From the NCBI GenBank assembly GCA_902772845.1, contig CACYCI010000015.1, positions 1 through 53,298 of the forward strand: a stretch of DNA of 53,298 nucleotides, in the 5' to 3' direction. Below are positions 8,736 through 17,095 of this stretch, in pieces (position 1 is the first letter of the stretch; the number at the start of each line of letters is the position of its first letter). The notes beneath the pieces are model-generated. The model was not told where the DNA came from, searched no databases, and saw nothing but the letters and a program-made list of their open reading frames with translations. The DNA is from an uncultured Ruminococcus sp. GTDB taxonomy: Bacteria; Bacillota; Clostridia; Oscillospirales; CAG-382. A program made the position numbers and the translations under genes.

Positions 8736-9530
8736 ATGGCTCTGTTCAAAAAAACAGCCGCTGCATTGGCTGCAGTCATACTTGCGCTCACGTTTGCGTT
8801 CGGACCTGTCTCAGCCGCCGGTCAAAGCGGACTTTCGGTGGGCTTTTCGTATATCGAACCCGGCGCCGCGGGCGGCGGATTTACGCTCACGCTCACATCT
8901 GTCCCGCAAGTTCAGCAGGGGCATTATCTCACCTGCGTCCGTTTCAAACTCAGGTATGATCCGTCCGCTTTTACCGTTACTACCGGTCAGGGGTATTCGG
9001 TCGTACCGTCCGGCACCGGCTTTCCCGCCGCTATCGAAGATCAGCTCATCGTCATACCTTCCGGCGAACAGGGCGTGGTCGAATTCTGCTACATAGATTG
9101 GACTACCGTTGAAAGCATATTGAACGGCAGCGGCGTAAAGCGCACGCTGTTCGCCTCCGGCCAAAGCGTTACCGTTCCGTTCACACTCACGCCGGGAGCG
9201 GATCTTTCGGTCGCTCACGTGTTCGAAGTGTACGACGTCCGCTACGGGCTCGACGCGGACATCCAGCAGTCCCAGCTCATCGCCGGCACCGGCGCAAGAG
9301 TCACGCTCGACGGAAAGCCCGCTTATGCGCGCGGCGACGTAGACCGCGACGGCAGGATCGACAGCGACGACGCGGTTTATCTGCTCAGGCACGTTCTGTT
9401 CCCTTCGGAATACGTAATAGAAAACGAAACCGCTTCCGCCGACGTCACGCGCGACGGCAAAGTGGACAGCGACGACGCGGTATATCTGCTGCGGCACGTA
9501 TTGTTCCCCTCTGAATATCCACTCAATTGA
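8736..9530 (+). CDS. Secreted protein: signal peptide, cohesin-like beta-sandwich, C-terminal dockerin
   Basis: RBS GGGGAG before ATG 8736; signal peptide MALFKKTAAALAAVILALTFAFGPVSA; beta-rich domain with FKLRYDP; duplicated Ca-loop GDVDRDGRIDSDDAVYLLRHVL / ADVTRDGKVDSDDAVYLLRHVL. Dockerin is confident, cohesin tentative. Confidence 0.75.
   Translation: MALFKKTAAALAAVILALTFAFGPVSAAGQSGLSVGFSYIEPGAAGGGFTLTLTSVPQVQQGHYLTCVRFKLRYDPSAFTVTTGQGYSVVPSGTGFPAAIEDQLIVIPSGEQGVVEFCYIDWTTVESILNGSGVKRTLFASGQSVTVPFTLTPGADLSVAHVFEVYDVRYGLDADIQQSQLIAGTGARVTLDGKPAYARGDVDRDGRIDSDDAVYLLRHVLFPSEYVIENETASADVTRDGKVDSDDAVYLLRHVLFPSEYPLN
9360..9518 (+). repeat. Dockerin internal duplication (DSDDAVYLLRHVLFPSEY x2)
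   Basis: 18 identical amino acids repeated, with only synonymous DNA differences between copies. Confidence 0.9.
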
Positions 9531-9543
9531 ACCTATAAACGCA

Positions 9544-9580
9544 GCAAGCCGAAAGCTCAATGCTTTCGGCTTGTTTTTAT
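9544..9580. terminator. Intrinsic terminator between convergent genes
   Basis: GCAAGCCGAAAGC-TCAAT-GCTTTCGGCTTGT followed by a T-tract. Confidence 0.8.
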
Positions 9581-9595
9581 TTTGCGGTCTTGCTT

Positions 9596-11599
9596 TTATT
9601 TTGCCGCCTTTTTAGCGCGCAGGTCTTTTATGAGTTTTGCCAGATCGTTTACCGTCGTGCAGTATTCGTAAGCGTTTTCGGGGATCTGAACGCCGAATTC
9701 CTGTTCTACTCTGAGCAGCGCGCCGAGTCTGTGCAGGCTGTCGCCGCCAAGCTCGTCGGTGAAAGTGGAATCATCCTTGATGAGCGATTCGTCGATCTCG
9801 AGTTCGCGTGCAAAGCATTTCTTTATTTTGGCTTTCAGTTCTTCAAGATCTTCTTCCGTCGGCGCTTCCTTGACGCCGCCGGGCCTTATCTCTTCGTTGT
9901 ATTCCACTCCGCCCAGCGCTATGCGCTTGCATGCGAAAGTGCTCTTTTCTATTCCTTCACGCAGGGCGGCGCGCTTGATCTTTATGGAGCTGACTACCGG
10001 AAGCGGTTTGTCGGTAACGTAAGCCGCTTTGAGCCGTTTGAGCGGCTGCAGCGTCTTGTTGCGTCTGTCTACTTCGGCGGAAAGACGGGAAATGAATTCT
10101 TTGTCGGAATATTTGTCGCCTATGTTGAACATTGCGGTGACCAGCTCGTTTTCGCCCGGCTTGGTGCAGAATACCGCAAGCTGTTCAACTCCTTCCATAC
10201 CGGCAAACGTGTCTTCGATCTCGTCGGGGTATACGTTTTCGCCGGATTCGCCTATGATGACGTCTTTAATGCGGCCTTCTATCCACATCCTTCCCTTGTC
10301 GCCTATGCGGACGACGTCGCCGGTGGCGAAATAGCCGTCCTTGTCCACAACGGGCGGCACCATGACTCCGTTATCCATCCTGCCTATATGCATGGCGTTG
10401 CAGCGGATCAGCAGCTCGCCGTGGTTGGGATCTTTACCGTCCGGGCGGACCTTGTATTCGGTTATGGGGAGCGGGAGCCCCACGCTTCCCGAAAGGCGGG
10501 TCTTAAGGTCTATTTTGTTTTCGTAAGATGTTATGGCGGTCTCGGTCATACCAAAGCCGACCGTTACCGCGTACCCCAGCGAGTTGACGGTGCGCAGATG
10601 CTCTTCCGGAGTATGGGCGCCGCCGACGACGAATTCCATGAATCCGTTGCCGAACAGGTTCTTGTTTACGGATTTGAAAAGCTTTTTGCCCACTTTGAGG
10701 CCCCACAGCGGATTTATGCGCTGGCAGGTCAGGGAAATGCTCTGCATCACCTTGAACGCTCCGCGTTTGAACGCCGACTGTGCCGCTACGCGTTTCTTTA
10801 TTGTGGAAGAGATGGAGTTTACGAGCAGGGGAACGGTGAGGATCACCTTTGCGTCGCATTTGCGCGCTGTCTCGAGTATCGTTTGGGGCGCTCTGTCTTT
10901 AAGGAAGATCTGCGACTGGTTCTGGAACGGCATGGTGAGCAGGTTGGCGATCAGCCCGAAAATGTGGTTGAAGGGAAGGAACGCCACCACTCTCATCGGC
11001 CCGAATTCTTCCGAAGTGAGGCAGGGGTATTTTTCGTGCTGTGCAAAGCCGAGTATCTGGCGGCAGACCGCTTCGCCGTTATAAACGTATACGCGGGAAG
11101 TGGAAGTGGTGCCGGAGGTGCAGGCGGCAATGAGATCCGCCCATTTGGGCTCGTAGCCGCCGCTCGGCGATTCGGCTGTTCCGAGCGCTTCTTCGGGAGT
11201 TACCTGCTGTATATCGAGTTCGCGTTTGCGGCGGGTTATAAGCGATTTGGCGCCCGCCTGTTTCATAAGATGCGCTATTCCGGCGTCGTCTAACGACGGG
11301 TCAAGGAGCAGAGCGTTCCTGCCGGAAGCGAGCAGCCCCCAAAAGAAAATGGGCCATTCCTTGCAGGTGTCCACGGCTATGCCGGTCCAGCCGCCGGCTT
11401 CGCCCAGGCCGATCTTTTCTATGTTTTCGGCGCAGGCGAGCGAACGGGCTTTGAGGTATTTATAATCGTAAGTTTTTACTTCGTCGCCTTCGAGCCAGAC
11501 TGCAAATTCCTGGTCCATAAGGCAAAGGGTGTCGAACAGATGACGCATGCACATATCCTGAGCAAGGATATCGCATTTTTCTTTCCAGGTAAGTTTCAT
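9596..11599 (-). CDS. Acyl-adenylating enzyme (long-chain acyl-CoA/AMP ligase family) fused to a C-terminal acyl carrier protein
   Basis: TSGTT P-loop, FLPFNHIFG, GFGMTET, FATGD, GRIKDVII.ESGENVYPDEIE; C-terminal ELGGDSL phosphopantetheine-site motif plus VEQEFGVQIP...TVNDL. Confidence 0.88.
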   Translation of the reverse strand: MKLTWKEKCDILAQDMCMRHLFDTLCLMDQEFAVWLEGDEVKTYDYKYLKARSLACAENIEKIGLGEAGGWTGIAVDTCKEWPIFFWGLLASGRNALLLDPSLDDAGIAHLMKQAGAKSLITRRKRELDIQQVTPEEALGTAESPSGGYEPKWADLIAACTSGTTSTSRVYVYNGEAVCRQILGFAQHEKYPCLTSEEFGPMRVVAFLPFNHIFGLIANLLTMPFQNQSQIFLKDRAPQTILETARKCDAKVILTVPLLVNSISSTIKKRVAAQSAFKRGAFKVMQSISLTCQRINPLWGLKVGKKLFKSVNKNLFGNGFMEFVVGGAHTPEEHLRTVNSLGYAVTVGFGMTETAITSYENKIDLKTRLSGSVGLPLPITEYKVRPDGKDPNHGELLIRCNAMHIGRMDNGVMVPPVVDKDGYFATGDVVRIGDKGRMWIEGRIKDVIIGESGENVYPDEIEDTFAGMEGVEQLAVFCTKPGENELVTAMFNIGDKYSDKEFISRLSAEVDRRNKTLQPLKRLKAAYVTDKPLPVVSSIKIKRAALREGIEKSTFACKRIALGGVEYNEEIRPGGVKEAPTEEDLEELKAKIKKCFARELEIDESLIKDDSTFTDELGGDSLHRLGALLRVEQEFGVQIPENAYEYCTTVNDLAKLIKDLRAKKAAK

Positions 11600-11652
11600 A
11601 GGTTTCTCCTTGAACTAAATAATAAAACGGCGTTGCTATGTTCGCCGTGTTT

Positions 11653-11718
11653 ATTATAAACTTTTTGCCGCCCCCCGTCAATAGTTCCTCTTGACAAACG
11701 CCGCCAAAAAGGTATAAT
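11653..11718. promoter_or_regulatory. Back-to-back divergent sigma-A promoters
   Basis: Minus: TTGACG (11681-76)-17-TATAAT (11658-53). Plus: TTGACA (11691-96)-16-TATAAT (11713-18). Confidence 0.8.
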
Positions 11719-11794
11719 AAGGAATGATGATTTGCTTAATTTTTTCTTAATTTGCTAATATAACCGTAAAAAAGCTGAAAGGTCGTGTTATAAT

Positions 11795-12742
11795 ATGAAA
11801 AAATATTTGCTCCCGCAAACCAGGCAGTACAAAGCGAATCTGCACTGCCATTCCGTCCATTCCGACGGGCGTTTCACAGTAGAACAGCACAAAGAAAACT
11901 ATTTGTCCCGCGGTTACTCCATAGTAGCTTTCAGCGATCACAACAAGGTCATCCCCCATTCCGATCTCAAGGATGATGATTTCCTCCCGATCACGGCTGT
12001 GGAGATCGACATGACCGAACCGGTCAAAGGCACGTGGCTGACCGCGCGTACATACCATTTGAATTTCTTTTCTTCAGATGAAAGCCGTACCGAATTCATA
12101 CCGGTGGACCGTGCGTACGATGTCGGCGTCGCCAACGATATGATCAGGCGCGCGCACGAAGCGGGCTTTCTTGCGCAGTACAACCATCCGCGCTGGTCGC
12201 TCCAGTCCAGCCCTGATTATATAGGGCTCGAAGGGCTCGACCTGTTCGAAGTCTTCAACACCGGCTGCGAAAAAGAGATGGTCAACGGCTACGGCGACAG
12301 GGAATACGAGCAGATGCTCGTGGCGGGCAAATATCCGTGCCCTTCCGCCACCGACGATAACCACAACGCCTGCATGTCGCTTGAATCCCCGTATAACGAT
12401 TCTTTCGGCGGCTTCGATATGATCTGCATGGAAAAACTCGAATATCCCGAATTTTTCAAAGCGGTCAGAAACGGCGATATGTACGCTTCCACCGGCCCCG
12501 TGATCAACGCCCTTTATCTGGAAGACGGCAAGGTGCATCTGGAATGCTCGCCCTGCCATTCCGTGGTCCTGCGCACCGAATCGCGCGCGTCACGCCCGGT
12601 GCTTTCCAACGCTAACGATATAACCGAAGCCGAATTCGATATAAACTTCAATTACGACTGGAAATTCATCCGCTTCGAATGTCACGACGAAAAAGGCAGA
12701 GCTTTCACCCGCGCATACCTCAAAGAAGAAGTGCTCGGCTGA
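11795..12742 (+). CDS. PHP-domain metallohydrolase (CehA/McbA-like)
   Basis: YKANLHCHSVHSDG, FSDHN, YNHP, EVFN, ATDDNH, G.MYASTGP. Confidence 0.85.
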   Translation: MKKYLLPQTRQYKANLHCHSVHSDGRFTVEQHKENYLSRGYSIVAFSDHNKVIPHSDLKDDDFLPITAVEIDMTEPVKGTWLTARTYHLNFFSSDESRTEFIPVDRAYDVGVANDMIRRAHEAGFLAQYNHPRWSLQSSPDYIGLEGLDLFEVFNTGCEKEMVNGYGDREYEQMLVAGKYPCPSATDDNHNACMSLESPYNDSFGGFDMICMEKLEYPEFFKAVRNGDMYASTGPVINALYLEDGKVHLECSPCHSVVLRTESRASRPVLSNANDITEAEFDINFNYDWKFIRFECHDEKGRAFTRAYLKEEVLG

Positions 12743-12771
12743 AAATAACATAAAGGATCGGTCAAAATCGC

Positions 12772-13860
12772 ATGAGGATAATCAGAAAAGCCGTTGCCTT
12801 GATTGCCGCGGCGGTCATACTTCTTTCCGCTCTGCCGCACGTCGCCGCAAGTTCCGGCTTCGACACATATGCCGCCTACGTGGCAAAATACCGGCAGTTC
12901 ATAAACGACAGCCGCTGGAAAGCCGGCACTCCGTGGAAAGACGGCAAAACTCCCGAACACGGCTTGTATAAGGCGTGGGGCTGCGCCGCGCTCGCATCGG
13001 ATTTTGAGTATTACATGTACGGCACCTACGGCTGGAAGGGGACTCTCTACCGCAAGGCGGCGGATATTTCCACCGGCGATATCGTCAAGATATCCGATCC
13101 GCACTGGTTCATAATCCTTGAACGCGACGGCGAAAAGCTCTATACCGCGGAAAAGTATAAAGATCAGGTCTATATAACCGATTCTCATTACCGCGTGCAC
13201 GACGGCGTCCTTCAGAAATACGGCTATTACAACAGCAAGGGCAAATGGGTGTACGGCTGGACCAAATGCTCGTTCGAAAAAGGCTACCATTATCTTGATA
13301 TCGAGCAGCAGACCGTTTCTGTAGAATGGGACGTCGGCTCCGTATGCGCCGACACTTCCGAGACCAACGCTCAGATCTCGCTGCGCGCCGAACTCAGCGG
13401 CGCCGCCGCAAAGGACGTGTCTGCGTACGGCAGCGTGCTTTACGGGCCGGATGGCGAAACGCTTGGCACGTTCGAATACGAAGGCGCGTTCGGCACGGTC
13501 GATATGTTCGTTGTCCCGCGCTTTGATTTCGGCAGTCAGCCGGAAGCCGGGCTTGCCCCCGGCAGTTCGTACTGCTGTTCCGTTTATCTCGTCATTGCCG
13601 GAGACGTCTACACCGGTCCGCTTATAAGCTTTTCCACGCAGGAACCCGCCCCGGTCATTACTTATATCACCGGCGATATCGATAACAACGGGCGCGTCGA
13701 TTCCGACGACGCAGTTTACCTTATGCGCCACACGCTTTTTTCCAATGAATTCCTGATCAACCAGCCCGCCGATTTTGACGGCGACGGCACGCTTACTTCG
13801 GAAGACGTGCTGCTTTTGCTCAAATACATACTTTACCCCGGCGAATATCAGCTGAACTGA
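12772..13860 (+). CDS. Secreted protein: CHAP/NlpC-P60-like domain, beta-sandwich domain, C-terminal dockerin
   Basis: Signal peptide; GCAALA...GDIV...HWFII...LYTAE (Cys-His-Glu spacing typical of papain-fold wall hydrolases); dockerin GDIDNNGRVDSDDAVYLMRH / ADFDGDGTLTSEDVLLLLKY. Confidence 0.7.
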   Translation: MRIIRKAVALIAAAVILLSALPHVAASSGFDTYAAYVAKYRQFINDSRWKAGTPWKDGKTPEHGLYKAWGCAALASDFEYYMYGTYGWKGTLYRKAADISTGDIVKISDPHWFIILERDGEKLYTAEKYKDQVYITDSHYRVHDGVLQKYGYYNSKGKWVYGWTKCSFEKGYHYLDIEQQTVSVEWDVGSVCADTSETNAQISLRAELSGAAAKDVSAYGSVLYGPDGETLGTFEYEGAFGTVDMFVVPRFDFGSQPEAGLAPGSSYCCSVYLVIAGDVYTGPLISFSTQEPAPVITYITGDIDNNGRVDSDDAVYLMRHTLFSNEFLINQPADFDGDGTLTSEDVLLLLKYILYPGEYQLN

Positions 13861-13880
13861 AACGGTGACCGACCGTAACG

Positions 13881-13920
13881 AAAGCGCCGCACAGTCAATG
13901 ACTGCGCGGCGCTTTTTTTT
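13881..13920. terminator. Intrinsic terminator
   Basis: AAAGCGCCGCACAGTC-AAT-GACTGCGCGGCGCTTTTTTTT. Confidence 0.85.
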
Positions 13921-13935
13921 GCTCCGGACTTCGAT

Positions 13936-14751
13936 CTATTTGCCGTCCGCAAAACGCTCTATCGCTTCTTTTGCTATGGCCAAATTGTGGAAATATCCTC
14001 TCTTGCTGCGGAATGCCAAACGTTCCTCAAAGTTGTATTGCTCGTAGTTACGGCTGAATTCGTCTATCAGTATGGCTGATCTCACGTCCCACGCGCCCTC
14101 GACGTTTATATGATCGTGTTTATCGGGCGAAATGATTATAAGATATTCTTCGCCTTCGTATATGGGCGGTGAATAGAGCGGGGCCATTTGGTATGCGCTG
14201 CCGTCGTCGAGGAAAGAATAGTCTTCGATGATCGTTATTATATCTCCCTCTTCGATCCCTTGCCCTTCTGCGACTTTTTCCACCAAAAAGCGGGTGATCG
14301 TGTAATACCGTGTTATGTCGCTATATATGCCGTCAGAACCTTCTAAGTACTTCCTGCCTTCGTATTTTCTATAGCTGACGCAAGAAATTTTCCGGCCTGT
14401 AACTATCGCGCCGTCTTCCTGAAATCTCTGCGCAAGCAGATCGTCAAGGTCATTGAAACAGACGACCGTGCACATGTCAAGCCCATTCCGGACATCGGCA
14501 AAATCCGGAAGAAGCTGGTTTTCGGTACGGTTTTCCGCGGGGTATTCAAAACTGTCGATGTCATTTGCGCCGACGGGCGCGGCTTCCGCGTCGAGCTTTT
14601 CCATGGCGGGCGTCTCCGCCTTATCTGCCGCGGCGGGTTCGGGATCTGTGTCGTACAGCGTTACGTCCGCGGGCTTTGAACAAGCTGTTATAAAAAGCGC
14701 CAACGCTGCAGCGAGTGTCAGAGCAAGTACGATAAGTCTGCTGTTTTTCAT
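13936..14751 (-). CDS. Hypothetical lipoprotein
   Basis: RBS AAAGGAG; lipobox ITAC; Pro/Ala/Asp-rich linker followed by a globular domain. Confidence 0.75.
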   Translation of the reverse strand: MKNSRLIVLALTLAAALALFITACSKPADVTLYDTDPEPAAADKAETPAMEKLDAEAAPVGANDIDSFEYPAENRTENQLLPDFADVRNGLDMCTVVCFNDLDDLLAQRFQEDGAIVTGRKISCVSYRKYEGRKYLEGSDGIYSDITRYYTITRFLVEKVAEGQGIEEGDIITIIEDYSFLDDGSAYQMAPLYSPPIYEGEEYLIIISPDKHDHINVEGAWDVRSAILIDEFSRNYEQYNFEERLAFRSKRGYFHNLAIAKEAIERFADGK

Positions 14752-14773
14752 TAGTGAACTCCTTTCTTAATTC

Positions 14774-15000
14774 TCAATTCCATTTGTTGATCAAAGTGTG
14801 AGTGTTATATGCAGTTGGGTGATACGCTGCATATCCGTTTAGCGCATGTATATATGTATAACCGTCAGAGGTGTTGATACTTAATACACTCCACCATAAG
14901 AAGATACAACTATTTGGTCTGTTGAAGTTTGAAAAGTTAAGTGATTTGCGTTTCTGTAACCGTTATGCTGTAATTATGGATACCAAAGATACAGAGGTTA
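14774..15000 (-). pseudogene. Probable decayed gene for a small secreted protein
   Basis: AT-rich; 62 sense codons open (14962-14777) with no usable start, stop 22 nt before the lipoprotein ATG; promoter and RBS-like GGAAGG upstream followed by the fragment ITSVSLVSIITA*. Confidence 0.4.
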
Positions 15001-15016
15001 TACCTTCCCAAAGTTT

Positions 15017-15045
15017 ATTATACAATTGAATCAAGCGTATTGCAA
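15017..15045 (-). promoter_or_regulatory. Sigma-A promoter
   Basis: TTGCAA-17-TATAAT. Confidence 0.65.
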
Positions 15046-15114
15046 CATTTTTTCGCATGTGATAATCAACGAAAATAAACGGGAGCGGTTGTACATGATG
15101 CACAAAGCATAGCA

Positions 15115-15157
15115 AAAAGCTTCGCCGTGCGGTCCTTTTCGCCGGCGAAGCTCTTTT
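15115..15157 (-). terminator. Probable intrinsic terminator after the GH109-like gene
   Basis: AAAAAGCTTCGCCG...CGGCGAAGCT inverted repeat flanked by A/T tracts. Confidence 0.65.
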
Positions 15158-15179
15158 AAGCGTTATTCAGATCTGTTGT

Positions 15180-16349
15180 TTATATCTCTCTCATATCCGG
15201 TATAGCCACCGGTGCGCTGCCGTTTTCTATGGACTTTGCGGCGAGCGGGGTGATGCTCATCCAGGAAGCGGTGTCATAGGTGTCGATCCATGGCGTTTCG
15301 CCTGTGCGAACGTAGCGGAAGAATTCGTCGTAGACGAGCCAGTCCATACCGCCGTGACCGCCGTGGAAATCGAGCGCGCCGTCTTTTTTCCAAAGCGGAT
15401 GGTCGTACTTTTCAAAATACTGCTGCTTGTTGTTGTAAAAGCTCTTGTCCCATTCGCTGTTTACGCCGTCCATGAACACGCCGTCGCCGTCTTCAAAATA
15501 AGCGCCGCGCGTGCCGCGCACGGTGAACCCGCGGGAATAACTGCGGGGGAGCGTGGTGTCCAGCGTCAGCGTAACAGTCTCGCCGCCGGCGCATTTTATC
15601 ATAGTCTTTACAATGTCGCCCTGGTGGAATTTGAACGTTTTCAGCTCGGGGTCGACTTTTTCGTTGCGGGCTGCGTAATCGTTCAGACCCCAGCTTCCCG
15701 TCGCCATGGAAACGAGATAGCTCATCTTGTTGCTGTGACCCAGGTCCAGCACCTTCGCTATCGGGCCCAGCTCGTGAGTGGGGTAGTTATCGGTGTTGCG
15801 CGCTTTGTAGTTGCGCAGTCTGTAATGGCGCTTTTCGCGGCCAAAGCTTATTTCTTCGCGCAGGTCGTGCTGATACCCGCCGCTGCAAGCCACTATTTTG
15901 CCGAACAGTCCCTGCTGGACCATGTTGAGTACCATAAGCTCTTCGCGGTTGAAACAGCAGTTTTCAAGCATCATACAATGGATACCGGTCTTTTTGTAGG
16001 TGTCTACCAGCCGGTAGCACTCGTCCAGCTCGTATGCGCCTCCGACTTCCATGGCGACCGGCTTGCCGGCTTCCATGGCGGCAGTGCTTATGGGCACGTG
16101 GCCTTCCCAGGCGGTGCAGTTGACCACAACGTCCACGTCGGGCGAAGCGATAACGTCGTGCCAGTCGAGCGAAGCGTGGGGCGTATGCCCCTGCTTTTTT
16201 TCCACGACTGCTTTGCTTTCTTCGGTGCGGTCGGCGTACTCGTCGCATACGAACGTCACGTTGACGTCTTCGCGCTCGGTAAGGATATCCTTTACCGCCC
16301 AGCTGCCGCGGCAGCCCAGACCGATTATGCCTACGTTGAATTTTTCCAT
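15180..16349 (-). CDS. Gfo/Idh/MocA-family NAD-dependent enzyme, GH109 alpha-N-acetylgalactosaminidase-like
   Basis: GIIGLGCRG Rossmann motif, AMEVGGA, MMLENCC, YPTHELGP and GGHGGMD, characteristic of GH109. Confidence 0.8.
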   Translation of the reverse strand: MEKFNVGIIGLGCRGSWAVKDILTEREDVNVTFVCDEYADRTEESKAVVEKKQGHTPHASLDWHDVIASPDVDVVVNCTAWEGHVPISTAAMEAGKPVAMEVGGAYELDECYRLVDTYKKTGIHCMMLENCCFNREELMVLNMVQQGLFGKIVACSGGYQHDLREEISFGREKRHYRLRNYKARNTDNYPTHELGPIAKVLDLGHSNKMSYLVSMATGSWGLNDYAARNEKVDPELKTFKFHQGDIVKTMIKCAGGETVTLTLDTTLPRSYSRGFTVRGTRGAYFEDGDGVFMDGVNSEWDKSFYNNKQQYFEKYDHPLWKKDGALDFHGGHGGMDWLVYDEFFRYVRTGETPWIDTYDTASWMSITPLAAKSIENGSAPVAIPDMREI

Positions 16350-17095
16350 GTTTTTATACGCTCCCTTTTTTTGGCTTTTTTGCTTATTATGTAATATGTC
16401 ACCGGAACAGTGAGTATCAGCAGCGATACGAGCTGCGAAGGCGAAAGGAAGAACCCCGTCGATCCTCTGTCGTCACCGCGGAAGAATTCCAGCGCGAAAC
16501 GGCACGCGGGATACAGAATAAGATAGTTTATGAACCTGTGCTTTTTCAAGGCCGTCGCCAGAAGCAGCGCGCAAAGCGCTATCGCCGCGGCCTCGAACAG
16601 CTGCGTCGGCAGCAGTTTTTCCCCGTGATGGAAGATGCCTTCTTCCGGGATGTCGGGAAAATATATGCCCAGCGCGCTTTCCGTCGGTTTTCCGTAGCAG
16701 CATCCGCCCAAAAAGCAGCCGATCCTGCCGCAGAAATGGAACGCCAGGAACGGCAGCGTTATGCCGTCGAGCCATTCTTCCGGCGTCAACGACGAACGCG
16801 TGTCACGGCGCGTCAGCAGAAACAGCGCCGCCGAGCCGGCTATGAGACCGCCGTAAAACGATATCCCGCCGAAAACGAATCTGCCTGTTTCTATGAATTT
16901 GAACAGCACGTCGTACGCGAGTGCGCCCGCCGCGCCGAAATACGCCGCCATAAGCAGCTTCGGCATGATATAGCGCGTCTCCCCGCGTTTCTTTGCAAAA
17001 CGCCACGCAAAAAGCGTGAACAACGCCGCGCCGAGCAGCGCGCACAGCGTGAACGGGTAAACGGTGATACCGAAAACCTCAAAAGTATGTATCAT
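16331..17095 (-). CDS. lgt: Prolipoprotein diacylglyceryl transferase
   Basis: GISFYGGL, GRIGCFLGGCCYG, PTQLFEA, RFALEFFRGD; multi-TM. Confidence 0.85.
   Translation of the reverse strand: MIHTFEVFGITVYPFTLCALLGAALFTLFAWRFAKKRGETRYIMPKLLMAAYFGAAGALAYDVLFKFIETGRFVFGGISFYGGLIAGSAALFLLTRRDTRSSLTPEEWLDGITLPFLAFHFCGRIGCFLGGCCYGKPTESALGIYFPDIPEEGIFHHGEKLLPTQLFEAAAIALCALLLATALKKHRFINYLILYPACRFALEFFRGDDRGSTGFFLSPSQLVSLLILTVPVTYYIISKKAKKRERIKTWKNST

Noticed and set aside
9360-9518. Direct repeat as a CRISPR array or DGR-type repeat pair
   Set aside because: Only two in-frame copies with synonymous differences; no cas or reverse transcriptase gene; it is the dockerin duplication
9560-11293. 577-aa plus-strand ORF
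   Set aside because: Antisense shadow of the ligase-ACP gene; starts inside a terminator
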